The notes beneath the pieces were generated by a model. It made no database searches. It was not told where the DNA came from and worked only from the letters and a program-made list of their open reading frames with translations. The position numbers were made by a program, and so were the translations under genes. DNA of 63,789 nucleotides, the filler included, from Octopus bimaculoides (Eukaryota): NCBI RefSeq assembly GCF_001194135.2. It is 7 parts of 7 records of this genome, joined end to end, with 100 filler letters (N's around TTAATTAATTAA, not from the genome) between each part and the next. Parts side by side here need not be neighbours in the genome. Positions count along the whole stretch, not along the records: positions 1 to 15,084 come from NC_068985.1; 6 more parts are not named here. One strand, given 5' to 3'. Position 1 is the stretch's first letter. Each line of letters opens with the position of its first letter. This document shows positions 1 through 13,710 of the stretch, piece by piece.

Positions 1-44
<44 letters not shown>

Positions 45-206
45 GAAAACAATGCACAATAGACTGGTGTATATACAATACGATTAGATTAGGATACACA
101 CACATACACACACACACACACGCACACGCGCGCACACACACACACACACAAACACACATGCTCACACAAACACACATGCACACACAAACATATATACATA
201 TATATA
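1..206. repeat. (TA)n and (CA)n microsatellite mosaic
   Basis: Directly visible dinucleotide runs at 1-41 and about 95-206. Confidence 0.95.
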
Positions 207-534
207 TCTTAGCATCGCTTCGCTGAAGAATATTAAGAAGGCTGTTGCGCACGTCATCGGCACGCTCGTTCGTGGCTGATAAGGGCGATGTGGGATCGAC
301 ATATCCAACCGCAGTGTTGTCAGTGGTATGGTTGTTCAAGGTCTGATGATGCAGCTGCATTTTTATTTCGCCTCTAACGTTTGTCTTCAAAAGAGGGACC
401 GCGAGAGATGTCAAAGGGGGAAACAACATCGCTATCAGAGAGGACTACTCACGGCAATCAATGTCAGAAATGCCAAAGGACTGCTTCATGCAGTCCTTGC
501 AACGCTTCCTTGGTGCCCAGCTTTTTAGGAATTG

Positions 535-1860
535 AAATTTAGTGCATGAGTGAGTTTGATGCCGCTGCCCTCATCTAACCATCCTGCCACAAAGTTGGTT
601 CATCTGGGACACTTGATAGTAATAGGTCCAACTTTATTTTGAAGATACCTACATCCACCTCATGCAGGTCTCTCAGTTCCTTCGGGAGGATATTGAAGAG
701 CTGTGGACCTCTGAAGCCCAGGCTATTGCAGTATCTTGTCCTACATCTTGATGGCAAATTTGGAGTCCTTGATGGTTTTCTAATCTCTTGTTCTAAACCT
801 TTTAAGAATACATCCGGTCGGCCACCTGTATTTCATTGCCAATTTAGCAACATGCACATGAAAGAATGCATTATTACTCATGTAAATGCCCTGGTCTCGC
901 ACTGACTGTGCCTCTGAGATTGCAATCCCTCCAGGTCCAGTTTATTTAATGGGTATTGCATTTAGTTTTGCATGCTGATAGCATAAGGGTTGAAACTTTT
1001 CAGCATTAAACTGCATGCTATTCTTTTCTGCATATTTGTATAATTCATTCAGCACACATTGCAGGTGCATAGTGTCTTCAGGGTTCTGTATTACCTGTGA
1101 AACTTTTATATCATCTGCATAACTTGTGATCGTGGCTCTCTGTGTGGCTTAGGGCATGTCTGAGAGGGCCATTATGAACAGTAGTGGTCCCAAAACAGTG
1201 CCTTGCGGAACACCGCTTATTATTTGTGTGTCATTGGAGGTAGCCCCATTGGCTACTACCACATGACTTCTATCTTTCAGAAAGTCATAAAGCCATTGTC
1301 CCAAACTTTCCAACTATGCCGAGATCACGCAGTCTGTGACATATCATTCCATGATCGACTATTTCAAAGGCCTTTCAAAGTCGAGATATATCACTTCCAC
1401 ATTTGATTGGTTGAGCAGTTGTTTCTGCACTCAGTCATAGTGTTGTAAGAGCTGAGTCAGGCAGCTTCTTCCTGGTCGGAAACCATGTTGGGTGTCAGGC
1501 AGCAAGTAATTTTCTTTAAGGAAGGCGATTAGCTTTCTTCTGACTATTCGTTCCATGACCTTGCTGATGTGCGAGGTCAGAGAGATAGGTCTGTAGTCCT
1601 TGGCCTCCGCTCTGCTACCTCCTTTATGAATAGGGCATATTTTACCCTCCTTCAGTTTACTTGGAAGTTTGCCAGTTGCAAGGATGCTCTGAAAGAGGGG
1701 ACTCTATTGGTCTTGCTTGGACTCGCTTAAATACTTTTAGAAGGATTGCTGGGGAATCCATCTTGACCAGTAGCTGAGTTTGGATTCATTTCATCTTCAT
1801 AAGGGACACCTTCATAACTTTATTCCATTAAAATTGAAAATGGCATTGGTGAAACTGAAA
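535..1860 (-). mobile_element. Degenerate CR1-group non-LTR retrotransposon, reverse-transcriptase region (ORF2 pseudogene)
   Basis: Manual minus-strand translation gives the RT motifs in order: SATGQDGFP; KICPIHKGGSRAEAKDYRPISLTSHISKVMERIV (about 1550-1665); QHGFRPGRSCLTQLL (about 1445-1490); IYLDF..AF..VDHG; SGVPQGTVLGPLLF (1176-1217); YADD (1110-1121); C-terminal SLGFRGPQLFNILP...FKIKLD (ORF 575-757). There is an in-frame TAA at 1149-1151 and several frameshifts. The element may extend to about 2250. Confidence 0.93.
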
Positions 1861-4142
1861 TTTTGGTGAAACAGTCGTTCCACGTACTGTGCATAAGTTT
1901 AGAATCTGGAATCATGTTAGTCTAATAGAAACATCTTAGCCATACAGCCATATTTGTGTCCATGCAAATTTGACTTAACGCCATGATCTAACTTTCCCTT
2001 ACGTTGTTCTGTCTATATACGAACATATTTCTTGTCTTAACAAGAGAGTAGTAATTTCGTATTTTATGTAGGATTTCTGTGGTTTATGAATTGTTTCCTT
2101 ATGTTTTAAAAAGATTTCTGATGGTTTCAATTCGCTTGAGGTGTTAGAGGTTTGTTACTCTGTAATTAGTCTATAATTCTTTCCTGTATGCGCAACCTAT
2201 TGTTGGTTTCAGTGAAAATAGAAAACACTCTTTGTTCGTGTCTTCTCCTTTCGTAGCTATAGGTAATAGATTCCTATTATTGATTATCTTCGAAAGTTAT
2301 TGTGCTCACGAAGATATTCCACTTACTCGCCGGAGTTTTATGGCTAAAACTTATAACTTTTATTACATTAGCGTTTACAATGGTGGCGAGCTGAAAGAAT
2401 CGTTAGACAGTCGCCGAAATAAAAATACTTTGTGGTATTTCTCCAGGCTGTTTATATTCTGAGTTCAAATACCGGCAAGTTCTTAACTTTTCACGCCTCT
2501 GGTGTGGTTTAGACAAAATACTAGTGTAGTGAAGAGTTCGGTCTAATCAACTACCACCTTCTCCACAGAATCACTGGTCTTACGCCTTAAGCCCATACAT
2601 TTGTTCACTACAAGCAAATCATTTCTGCAGGTTGTTTAACAAGGCATTGCAGACCCGTCTTTTTCAAACAATGAGAGACTGTTATCATATGCTTCTGGAA
2701 GATGTTTATTTTCTGTAAGTCCAATTACCTGTGGAATTGTTTTGTTTTTTTATCAATGAATAAGATTCATACATTTGCTGGTTATTAGTTCTTCATTATG
2801 TGTGAATAATAATTGCATGATCTACAATAAGCCAATATTTGTCTGGTGACTTTTTTTTATTTGTTATCATCTCAACGAATCTTTGTGTATACCAGAAATA
2901 ACAGAATTTAATCCAATTAACTATATACTGTTCTACTAATGTGTATTCATGTATTCAATCAAGACGTAGAGTTAAAAATGTGATATAAGAAATAAAGCAG
3001 TATATAAACTAATGCATCATTTCAATTTTCACAAGAGCCGTATTCACTTCTCCTCAAAGATTAATTTTAATACATAGAATGTCAGACTCACATATAGAGT
3101 TTCTAAATCTTGATAGGAACAAGTGATTTTTAGGTTGTGGTTCAAAACTTCTGTTGTAACGTAGTTACACGTCGCCAATTAATGTAGTATCGCCACTATT
3201 TATGTCGATACTTATTTACACTATACGGAAATTCTCTGTCAATGTTGACGAACCGCGATGGATATTTAATTGACCCTAATAATTAAATTCTAACACAAGA
3301 ATTTAACTCATGCAGCTCAGAATTCTGTATCTAAATCGGCTTATCACAATACTACACGATTGAGCTTATGAAATAAGGATGCAATTCGCAAGAAAAAAAA
3401 ATAATCTCAGTTTATTTAGTCTCACTAAAAAAAATAAATAAAAATAACAAATGCTGCATTTGGTGAGATTTGAACCCAGTGCTTTGACACTAGTACTAAA
3501 TACTATTAGAAATGGCCATTTAGATTCTAAAGAGTTCCCCAATTCATCGCTTTCTTCTAAGCATTTTATCTTAACTTGTTATAGCTTTTATATATTTTAT
3601 CTAATATATTTTTGTATATTTTTCTTATTCAGATTTTGTTATACTTTAACTGTGATATTTTTCATTTTCTGTTGTGCTACTTTTTTTATGTTATACACTA
3701 AAGTATTTGCATTTCGTTTGGTTTAAACGATGATGGTTTCTTTAAATATCATTACATCCGTATGAGTTAGATTTGACTCGAACATATTAAGAATACTTTT
3801 TTAGATTAAATTTTTTTCTTGTCAGTGGAGTGCAATAATATTTAATTTAATTCTTTTCAAGAATTTTGGTTCTATGTAACTTTTTATTAAATATCTTTTT
3901 AATTTCACTTTTTCGATAAATTCAATCGATTCCATTTCTTCAGTGTCTTCTGGTCAGACTTTTGAGAATTATCGCATGTTTTTTCTCCATACTATCAGAA
4001 ATAACAAGACCGCATGGCAGGAGCTATATGTATGTATGTATGTACGTATGTATGTATGTATGTATGTATAAAAAGATATATATACACATATATGCTTATA
4101 CATACAAATATTCATAGATATGTGTGTATATAGACACACACA

Positions 4143-4189
<47 letters not shown>

Positions 4190-6042
4190 CATATATATAC
4201 ATTATACATATTCATATATATCTATATCTATATCTATATACATATATNNNNNNNNNNNNNNNNNNNNNNNNNNNNNNNNNNNNNNNNNNNNNNNNNNNNN
4301 NNNNNNNNNNNNNNNNNNNNNNNNNNNNNNNNNNNNNNNNNNNNNNNNNNNNNNNNNNNNNNNNNNNNNNNNNNNNNNNNNNNNNNNNNNNNNNNNNNNN
4401 NNNNNNNNNNNNNNNNNNNNNNNATATATGTATATATATGCACGTGTATATATAAATGTGTGTGTGTGTATATATGTGAGCATGTATATTGGAATTTTGT
4501 TTGTTTCTTTTATTTTAATAATTCCAAAGAAAACTCCAGACGATTTTTTTTTTGTGCAATTTTAATACGCTTCGTACTTGAATGTTTAAAGTTCAGACAG
4601 TCTGCAGAAATATTGAGCTGAACTACAAAGTCTGGCAGCTGCGGTGTTGTCTAGGTAAAATGAATTGCATGCGCCATCTCACTTGTCACGGTTCACGATT
4701 AACCGAGCAAAAAATTAACATATAGCTCCTGTATCACAGACCAGTGGATTAGCAATAAGTTCGTTAACAGAGAACATTATACATAACCATGAACATTATG
4801 GTCATCATCATCATCTACATCTCGCTCAACGTGATCATCATAGTCACTATTATTACCTCAGCAGAATAAAACACGTGTTAATCTGAGGCAGTTTCGTCGT
4901 GATACACTGTGTTGAAAATTGTATCTGCCTGAGACATCACGCAGCGAGGTCAAATTCGGTAACTCGTTTTTGCAAAGTAACCTTCTAAATCATTCAATCA
5001 CACTTTGCCTCCATTTATAATGATGGATGTAAATGTTTATGTGTGTATGTATGTATATATATTTGTGTTTGTGTATTTGTGTAAATATAGTTAAAGATTT
5101 ATATATTTTTCTATGCAAAAAAGAACATCGAACATAAAGTAAAGGACTTCATACATAGTTAATTTTTGATCTTGTAACGTTAGCCATTTTTTCTTTTAAG
5201 TTCCCTTCCGCTGGTGTATAGTTTATACGTTTCGCTACTACCATTTCTTCTATTTTACTTCCTTTCTGATATTTGTGGTTGACTTTGAATGCATAAAGAC
5301 TTCGCCTGCTGGTTATAAAGTTACGTTTGAAATATCGTCTTTTAAGAGAAGTCTGTTGAAATTTAAATTATATTTTCAAAAGATTTCTACTATAACTTTT
5401 TTGAAGTTACATATATATATATATATATATGCGTATATGCGTGTTGTTATTTATGGCATAAGGATTTAGAAACTTCGAGAGATATGAAATAATTGCTTGT
5501 TAAATGGTGGAACTCAAGGTTGATTATGCGAGAAATAATATCACGTAGATATTGAGGTAATAAATTCCTTGGTTAGAAGCACTCGTAGGTTACCTATGGG
5601 TCGGAAACCAATATTATCTGTAAACATAACTGATCTGTCATAAGTCAAAGGGTGCACATAGAAGTTGGGTAGGCTTTGACAACTGGCTGTCTTGTTTACA
5701 GAGAATATGGGTAGTCATGAAATGAATCTGAAAAATATCCATATTTAATTACCCAAAGGTTTTAGACAAAAAAGCGTAAAAGGAGAAAGGATGGTTAATC
5801 CTTGACACCTGTCACAGTTCGCCACAAACTAAAATTCACATTTGCAGCGAAATTTATGTCTGTGATAGATTGCACAGATATGGTGAAAAGTTTTACAACA
5901 TAAGACGAATATGAAAAGTAACTATAAAATATATTTTGTTTTTAAATATAAGCTGATATAGATCTCCAACGAGCATGATGATACAACCCCGCCACACACA
6001 CAAAGATATGTGCATGTATATATTTGTGTGCGGGTTTATATA

Positions 6043-6660
6043 CAGGGTGCGATGGGTAAATGGTCGCCAGTTTATATTTTTAATTTCACGCACACACATT
6101 GTTTGTTTTTGATTTTGTCGACTACACACACAGTATAGTAGCGTCAGTTGGGCACCGTCTGTGAGAAAAACAGCACTATGGCGCCATTCACTCTGCCAGG
6201 AATTTGGAAACGACATACCTGTACTGCTTGGCATTTGCACCTGAAGCTCCAATATAGAACATTTTAGTGTGTGTGGGTGTCAACCAGAGGACCGTGAGTG
6301 ACAAAAATAAAATACCCAGTCAACATCATGGTGTTTGGAGTGATGACTTGAGATAGAGCTGCTCTGGGCCAAGCGGTTGGATGCTGGAAGACCCTATGTC
6401 TGGCAACAGAACTCTTTTCCAACCACATTACCCCTAACATCTGGCCACCTAACTCCCCAGGCTGCAATCCCCTTGATTATGTGTGGGGCGCAGTTGAGCG
6501 AGAGACCGACAAAACTCCTTTTAACACCAAAGATGAACTGAAAGCAAAGATTATGACAACATTCACGAACTTAAACAAGGAAGCTGTCCAGAAGAGATGC
6601 AGGAGATTCTGAAGTCGTCTGCAGGCCGTGATTGAAGCGAATGGCGATTTTATTGAGTGT
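6043..6660 (+). mobile_element. Internally deleted Tc1/mariner-superfamily DNA transposon remnant
   Basis: Starts TA|CAGGGTG (TA target plus TIR start). The C-terminal transposase segment IWPPNSPGCNPLDY..VWGAVERET...TKDELKAKI...CRRF*SRLQAVIEANGDFIE begins near 6440. The central catalytic region is largely deleted and no right TIR is seen. Confidence 0.85.
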
Positions 6661-7099
6661 TATATTCGCTTTTCTCGTTGAAAGTATTAACAACTCATTT
6701 GTCATTAAATAGCTGTTGCAAAATATAGACGTTTCAGTTTCAACACATGATCTGAGATCAACAATTTGTTCTATAATTTCAAAAATAACCTTTTTCTGTC
6801 TCGAATTAAAGTTGTTCTATGTATTTTGGTGTTGTACTATCTATCACAGTATCCTGTCAAATGCCTATGTAGTTTCATCTGCTTGTTTGCCAATATGTCT
6901 GTTAGCGATCTAAGCATTAAATATCATTGTTGTTTCAACTCAAATCTGCGTAGATATTTACGAAGGTATCGTACGATGAGACACTGAAAATCTGTATAGC
7001 AAAACTTGAGCTTTTCATTTCTATATTTGTAGTCTGAGATATGTAGTGTGTGCAGAGATTCCAAATTTCTTTAAGATGAAATGCCTTGTGACGTTTCTT

Positions 7100-8690
7100 C
7101 TGGGTCTTTATTTTCAATTCTGTTCAACTTCAGCCAGGGTCGAATTTGCCTCTCATCCTTCGGGGACAAGAAAATAAGTACTAGTCAATTATGGAAGTCG
7201 ATATAATCGACTAGCCTCTCCGCATCCCACCAACTTTTCAAAATGCTGACCTCGTGCCAAAATTAGAAAGAAATGCTATAAAGAACATTTCAAATTCATT
7301 CTAATAATCCTTTCTACTATAAGCACAAGACCTGAAGTTTGGGGGAGGGGGATAGTTGATTAGATCGATCCCAGTACGCAACTGATACTTCATTTATCGA
7401 TCCCGAGAGGATTAAATGCAAAGTCGACCGTGGCTAAATTTGAACTAAGAACGTAGCGATGGACAAAATACTGCTAAGCTTGTCCCCCAGCGAGCTAGCA
7501 ATTCTCCCAGCTCGCTGCCCTCATATTTATTCTAATAATGGCTGACGAAAGGGTGTTTTGTAGAATCGCTAGAATTCTGAGTTCTAATCCTTCTGAGGAT
7601 GACTTTTTTCCTTACTTCCCACGAATTCGCTAAATTAAGAACAAGTGAAGTACAAAAGTCGATATAAACGATTATTCTCTTCAGAAGTTTATGAATTTGA
7701 TCCTATGTGAGAAATCATTATAATAATTGTTTTTGATTTAGTTATTACGTCAGCAGTTTTCAACAGGTAAGGTTAGTTTTACTCTCGACCCCACTCTTTG
7801 ATTAATACTTTATTTTATTGACATCGGAAAGATGAAAGGCAAAGTTGACCTTGACAGACTTTGAACACAGAATGTAAAAGAAGAGAAAAACGGGAAAAAT
7901 TTCGAAAAAATTGTTTATGGTGTTTGTTTCATCCCTTTATGTTCTTGGTTTAAATCACGCCGAGGCCAATTTTGCTTTTCATTATTTTGGAGTCGATAAA
8001 ATAAAATACCCTGAAGTAATGGGGTTGATCGTATCAATTATCTCTTCCTCTCAAAATCGTATGCCTTTTGCCTGCCTTAGAAACGAAAAGAAATCATTGT
8101 AAAAATGACTTGTAAATTAGATATAGGACACTAAATACTTGTACTGGTACTTTATTTTATCGATCCTCCAGGGATAAGTCCTCTATCAGATACGGCAGAA
8201 TTTCGAAACAGAATGAATTAAATACTGAAGAGTATTTTGTTTGACATTCTATCAGTAATCATTTAAGGTAATATTATTTGCGAAATTAGAGAGAACACCT
8301 CACACATTTTCTTGGAAGTGGAGATGGGTACAATTCCACAACAAAATTTGATCACTATTTTTTAAGCCCCAGTAGGATGAAATGCAAAGTTCACATCGGA
8401 GAAGTATTAATACAAGACGTGAATAAACAACGTGAGATATATCAAAAACGAATGATATTATTTCCCATATTGTAGGCGGTGACCTAACAGAAGTGTTAGT
8501 ACACAGGACAAACTGCTTGGTGAGATTTGGTCAGTCTTTACATTCGAAGCTCAAATTCCGTTGAGGTCGATTTTGCCTTTCATCATTCGCAAGTGCCAGT
8601 CAAGTATCGGAGTCTATGTATTCTATTTCTTCCTGCCTTCACACCACCAAAAATGCTGGTCCTGAGCCAAAATTTAAAGCTATTATTTAC
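7100..8690. mobile_element. Cluster of about 7 degenerate copies of tRNA-derived SINE family A in both orientations
   Basis: Recurrent core GAGTTCAAATTCC..GAGGTCGACTTTGCCTTTCATCC...GGGGTCGATAAA..AAGTACCAGT or its reverse complement at about 7120-7270, 7300-7520, 7540-7700, 7750-7880, 7940-8080, 8110-8260, 8290-8420 and 8470-8690. Confidence 0.8.
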
Positions 8691-8898
8691 CATATTGTGA
8701 GAATTTGTGAATGAAACAAAATAACATCACTTGAAGTGAAACAAAAGCAAGCTTCAGTAGGAATAACAATTCCGCTTCTCAGAAGATCTGATAAAAGTAT
8801 ATCATTTATTTGATCGTTCAAATTACACTATAAAGTAAAAACCATAAGAAATTTTGAAATTAAAACAATCACACAATATGCATCAGAATTCAGTACAT

Positions 8899-8904
8899 TT
8901 TATT
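8899..8904 (-). promoter_or_regulatory. Probable polyadenylation signal (AATAAA) of the S-crystallin gene
   Basis: TTTATT on + (AATAAA on -), 50 nt downstream of the TAA stop at 8954-8956. Confidence 0.6.
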
Positions 8905-8953
8905 TCAGGTCGGTAACAATCTTCAATGCATGATATCTTAACCTTATTTCCAT

Positions 8954-9118
8954 TTAGAATTCAGTACGACTGCGTTTCTGTAAGTACGATGACAATTTGG
9001 TGTGATTCATAACACGGGTTCTCAACGCTTGAAGTTTCGGGTAGTTGTTGAGAAGAGCAGAATCATCCCTCAGTGGATTCTCAAGAGCGCAATAGCACAT
9101 CATATCAGCCATTGTGAA
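8954..9118 (-). CDS. S-crystallin (sigma-class GST-derived lens protein), last coding exon
   Basis: Acceptor aaattttcattttAG (AG at 9120-9119), phase 0, 55 codons: [54 protein letters not shown]. It matches the cephalopod S-crystallin C-terminus ([14 protein letters not shown]...YPKL..LR.RVM.H.K...YL..R.RT[DE]F) as I recall it from Enteroctopus dofleini S-crystallins. Confidence 0.97.
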   Translation of the reverse strand, partial: FTMADMMCYCALENPLRDDSALLNNYPKLQALRTRVMNHTKLSSYLQKRSRTEF

Positions 9119-9204
9119 CTAAAATGAAAATTTAGTATAGGTTTGTAAAATGAGAGAAGAAAGTATAAATATGCGGATATATACATACATACATACATGC
9201 ATAT

Positions 9205-9258
<54 letters not shown>

Positions 9259-9943
9259 GTATATGCATACACAGAATATGAGGAGTTTAAGTCAAGAAAG
9301 ATAGCCCAGACTAATAGGTATGAGGTCTAAGTGCTCTTACCAGGATTTATTATTTATTTATAAACCTCCCCTTCGTTCAGCTTTACATTTCTAATATAAT
9401 GTATTTATATATCTATCTGCTTTCTCTCATATTAAAGCACGTTATTAATTCTGCCTCTCATTGTTCACTCGGACCTACAAGCTGCTAGCGCTACCTTTTC
9501 CCTTCTCGCAACTGGATACATTAACTAAACTTTATTTTCAACATGAACTTTTCCCAGTGATGTGCAACAGGAAGAGCCCTCTCATATGGATGTGAATAAA
9601 TCTCTCTACCCCCCGGAACACGATAACCTATGAACTGTAACGAACTATCATCTTTCTACCGTACTACGCATTTTTCTACAACAAATTTTCCTGTCAATAT
9701 ATTCCTGCTTCTATTTCGTATATTTCTCCGAAGACGGAATATCCAATATAAGAAACCACAGGTCGATATGGTGATCCAGTACCTGGGATATCCCGGAAAC
9801 AGCTGCAAGAGGCTATATCCATTAATTCTACTTACATTCCATTAGCATTAAATTTCTTAAATTAAACTAAATTAATTTAAATTCTATAATCCTGCCTTGA
9901 TTGTTTTCCTCCTCTTCAACTCATACACACACACAGACACACA

Positions 9944-9989
<46 letters not shown>

Positions 9990-9999
9990 NNNNNNNNNN

Positions 10000-10064
<65 letters not shown>

Positions 10065-10381
10065 GCATACATGCATACAAGTGTAAAGATTTATGAAAAT
10101 ACCTCGTGATGTATTTTGACAGAATAAATTGGATTATTAAACATGTGTGCTAGTGTTAATCAGTTCTAGTGTTAATCAGTTAATTAGAATTTTAAAAAAA
10201 TAGTATCACTTATATGTATAAGGGTAACGAATTAGCAAAATCGTTATATCATTGGGCAAGATGACGTGCGCCATTTGTGTAAGATTTTTAAGTTCTGATT
10301 TCAGATCTTGCTACGATGAATTCTGTCTTAAGCATACCGAATCCATAAAATACAACTAAAAGTTATGATAACAACATGCAC

Positions 10382-10449
10382 ATAGGCTCTTTGAGCTGGA
10401 TCGGCTCTTTGGGCTGGATCGGCTCTTTGAGCTGGATAGGCTCTTTGAG
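10382..10449. repeat. 18-bp tandem repeat, about 3.7 copies (GGCTCTTTGAGCTGGATC), in the last S-crystallin intron
   Basis: Units at 10385-10402, 10403-10420, 10421-10438 and a partial unit at 10439-10449; one substitution each in units 2 and 3. Confidence 0.95.
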
Positions 10450-10879
10450 AGGTAAATATATGGGCACTCATTAAAGCAGACGATACAACTGCTATTTATA
10501 TGGTGTGAATGTATTGATCTTGGCCACCGGTATCTAACTGGGTGTTGATACAATGGAAATTTTATCCTATGACAAAATGATCTTAGATACGATTGCCAGA
10601 TTATATGGTACCTGGGCCATTGATAAACTGAGTAATGTAGAAAGATAGATGTATCTATATCTTAAAAAAAAGACCTTATCTACAATTTGCGTGTTTCTTG
10701 AAATTACATGTTGTTGTTTTAGTGCATTTACAAAAATAGCTTTACATATATTTCATTTCCAATTTAAACTATAGTCAATGTTATTTGCCGTTATCAGAAA
10801 GTGTGAAGTTCTTCCATAAATATAAAGCCCTTTTTCATCAACACAAAGATTGAAAATACGAAGAAATATTTCGTCAAAC

Positions 10880-10987
10880 CTGGTCTCCCATGAAATATTG
10901 GTTGCCATTGTTATACATTTCAAGGGTTTTCTCCATGAATGGCAGAATTCTGCGCAAAGTTTCTTCATATCTCATACGTCTTTCTGA
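10880..10987 (-). CDS. S-crystallin penultimate coding exon
   Basis: Acceptor tatttctttgatctgcAG (10989-10988), donor CAG|GTTTGA (10879-10878), 108 nt, phase 0-0: [36 protein letters not shown], matching the S-crystallin segment [26 protein letters not shown]..[FY]FMGDQ. It joins in frame to exon 9118-8954. Confidence 0.97.
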
Positions 10988-12313
10988 CTGCAGATCAAAG
11001 AAATATATCAAATATGAAAATTAATATCTTTTATAACAATATAGATTAACAAATTTGTAAATGTCTTTTTCTTGTTATTATTGGTGTAATTATTATTGAA
11101 GATGGCAAATTGGCACGAACATTAAGGAATCAGAAAATGTGATTTACAAAATCCGCTGCGGTTTGAAGTTCTGAGTGCAAAATTTAGCCTCCCTCTCATT
11201 GTTTTGGAGGGATTCGATAAAGTAAACTACCAATCTAATACAGACGACAATAATATCGATAATTTTCCCCACATTTCTAACACTGTGCGTAAATCAAAAC
11301 CATTTGTATACAGCGAACTATATTCAGTGCTTATGTAATTTTTCACTAGATACATATTCAACGATTTTTTATTCAGACTTATTATTTTCCACCATTACGA
11401 AATGTTTCGTTACTTAAAACGTCTAAATGATATATCACGGGTTATGTCAAGCTGATTATTTCATAGTAGATTTAAATTGTACCATATATGATTAGAAAAT
11501 TTACATGAGTAATAAAATATCTTAACTATGTACATTTTACGTATCTTTTCTTTCAATTTCAAATTTATACTTGTAGCGCTGCAAAAAATTATGAAGAAAT
11601 TATCTCCCTTGCATAAATTGTTCTCTAGTGTATAAAAGAAACAAATCCTAGCGAAAGTTGTATGATGACACTTTCTGAGAATGAAGACAAATTAAAGAAA
11701 AAAAAAAACGTTCGTTGCTTAGGTACAAGACCAGCAATTTCTTTTTTTTTTATATATATAACTGGATTAGTGTGTACTTGAGTAGTGCATTGTTTTTATC
11801 GACCGTGGTAGGATGAGAGGCAAAGCTGGCTGCATCAGAAATTGAAATACGAATATAAAGTTTTGAAACAGAAACTCCACTATTCCATACCAATGCACCG
11901 AAAGAATTTTAAGAAATTATTTAAAACATTTTAATGATATTTGTAAAAGATGGATTTTTGCAATAATAGTGTGTAAATGAATTGTGAAATTCAATTTCAA
12001 ATTCTGAAAGTTCGGTAATAAACACCCCTAAGGGTTTTATTTTCACTCTCAAATTTGAAAGAAAGTGAGTACCCAATGGGTAAACTGCTGTAGATAAATT
12101 ATTGTATAAATGAAAATTCGTATATTCTCCTAGGTAGTTAAACACGCTGATATATTTACACATTGTGAATTACTTGGAATTTACTAGGAAATTATATTTT
12201 TATATTAACATAGCAGAACATAAATATGAGAAAATACTAATAAACATCAGCAATCTAATTTAACAATAAGGATATACTGAAAATATTTTAAGTGGAAAAT
12301 ATGTAATACTTAC

Positions 12314-12343
12314 TGAGATGTTAGAATCACTTGAACGCTGGAA
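12314..12343 (-). CDS. S-crystallin 30-nt microexon (central loop)
   Basis: ttttttacgtatattatAG|TTCCAGCGTTCAAGTGATTCTAACATCTCA|GTAAGT; phase 0-0; encodes FQRSSDSNIS, matching the FQRSRDMSSS segment that precedes SEKRMR in octopus S-crystallins (recalled). Confidence 0.9.
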
Positions 12344-12423
12344 CTATAATATACGTAAAAAATTGTTATTTGGTTTAAAAGCGATAAATGGAAAAATAAT
12401 CATATTAAAATGTATATATATAG

Positions 12424-12457
<34 letters not shown>

Positions 12458-13415
12458 NNNNNNNNNNNNNNNNNNNNNNNNNNNNNNNNNNNNNNNNNNN
12501 NNNNNNNNNNNNNNNNNNNNNNNNNNNNNNNNNNNNNNNNNNNNNNNNNNNNNNNNNNNNNNNNNNNNNNNNNNNNNNNNNNNNNNNNNNNNNNNNNNNN
12601 NNNNNNNNNNNNNNNNNNNNNNNNNNNNNNNNNNNNNNNNNNNNNNNNNNNNNNNNNNNNNNNNNNNNNNNNNNNNNNNNNNNNNNNNNNNNNNNNNNNN
12701 NNNNNNNNNNNNNNNNNNNNNNNNNNNNNNNNNNNNNNNNNNNNNNNNNNNNNNNNNNNNNNNNNNNNNNNNNNNNNNNNNNNNNNNNNNNNNNNNNNNN
12801 NNNNNNNNNNNNNNNNNNNNNNNNNNNNNNNNNNNNNNNNNNNNNNNNNNNNNNNNNNNNNNNNNNNNNNNNNNNNNNNNNNNNNNNNNNNNNNNNNNNN
12901 NNNNNNNNNNNNNNNNNNNNNNNNNNNNNNNNNNNNNNNNNNNNNNNNNNNNNNNNNNNNNNNNNNNNNNNNNNNNNNNNNNNNNNNNNNNNNNNNNNNN
13001 NNNNNNNNNNNNNNNNNNNNNNNNNNNNNNNNNNNNNNNNNNNNNNNNNNNNNNNNNNNNNNNNNNNNNNNNNNNNNNNNNNNNNNNNNNNNNNNNNNNN
13101 NNNNNNNNNNNNNNNNNNNNNNNNNNNNNNNNNNNNNNNNNNNNNNNNNNNNNNNNNNNNNNNNNNNNNNNNNNNNNNNNNNNNNNNNNNNNNNNNNNNN
13201 NNCACACACATTTATATATAAGTATATACATAATTGTATGTGTGATATATAAATATATATATATATATATTCATAAATATTCAATTATGATTCATATAAA
13301 GTGCGTATATTTAAATATGATTATAATTGATGTAAATTATATATGCGAATGTATGTGTTGGGGTGGGTTTGTGCGTATGTGTTCACGTACATGCCCACTT
13401 ACAAATTTATATACA

Positions 13416-13450
<35 letters not shown>

Positions 13451-13710
13451 TATATATACAAACATACACATAATGTATGTTTGTATCAAGTTGCACGACT
13501 GAATGTCAATTTGGTAATTATTTAGCGTCTCTAAAGATTATTTCAGATGTTCAAAAAGTGCACTTTTAAAAGGAAACAGCAGTTTACAGCAATCTCATAT
13601 TCCACTACTGAAGTAATGAATGTTCCAGCTCCTGACAAAATTAAATAGAATCTATGTTTGCATTAATATATTTGTAACGCAAAAGATATGGCTTCTATCG
13701 AAAGACTTAC

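Noticed and set aside
8958-8979. Apparent plus-strand 22-nt microexon (ttccatttAG|AATTCAGTACGACTGCGTTTCT|GTAAGT) with an upstream TGCATG
   Set aside because: It is the antisense of the S-crystallin last exon (KRSRTEF*), so the splice-like words are explained by coding sequence on the other strand. This also shows how easily such signals arise by chance.
10984-10989. Tandem acceptor CAG-TCAG at the 108-nt exon
   Set aside because: The downstream AG shifts the frame by 4 nt; only the upstream AG keeps homology (SERRMR).
11100-11900. Inverted pair of family A SINEs in an S-crystallin intron as a dsRNA/editing structure
   Set aside because: Both copies are too degenerate for me to see sustained pairing.
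12318-13502. Long ORF-track entries of 150-445 aa (also around 23020-23811, 31940-33277, 39002-40125, 40547-41713 and 44241-45143)
   Set aside because: They are open only because N-runs and (TA)/(CA)/(GA) microsatellites contain no stops.
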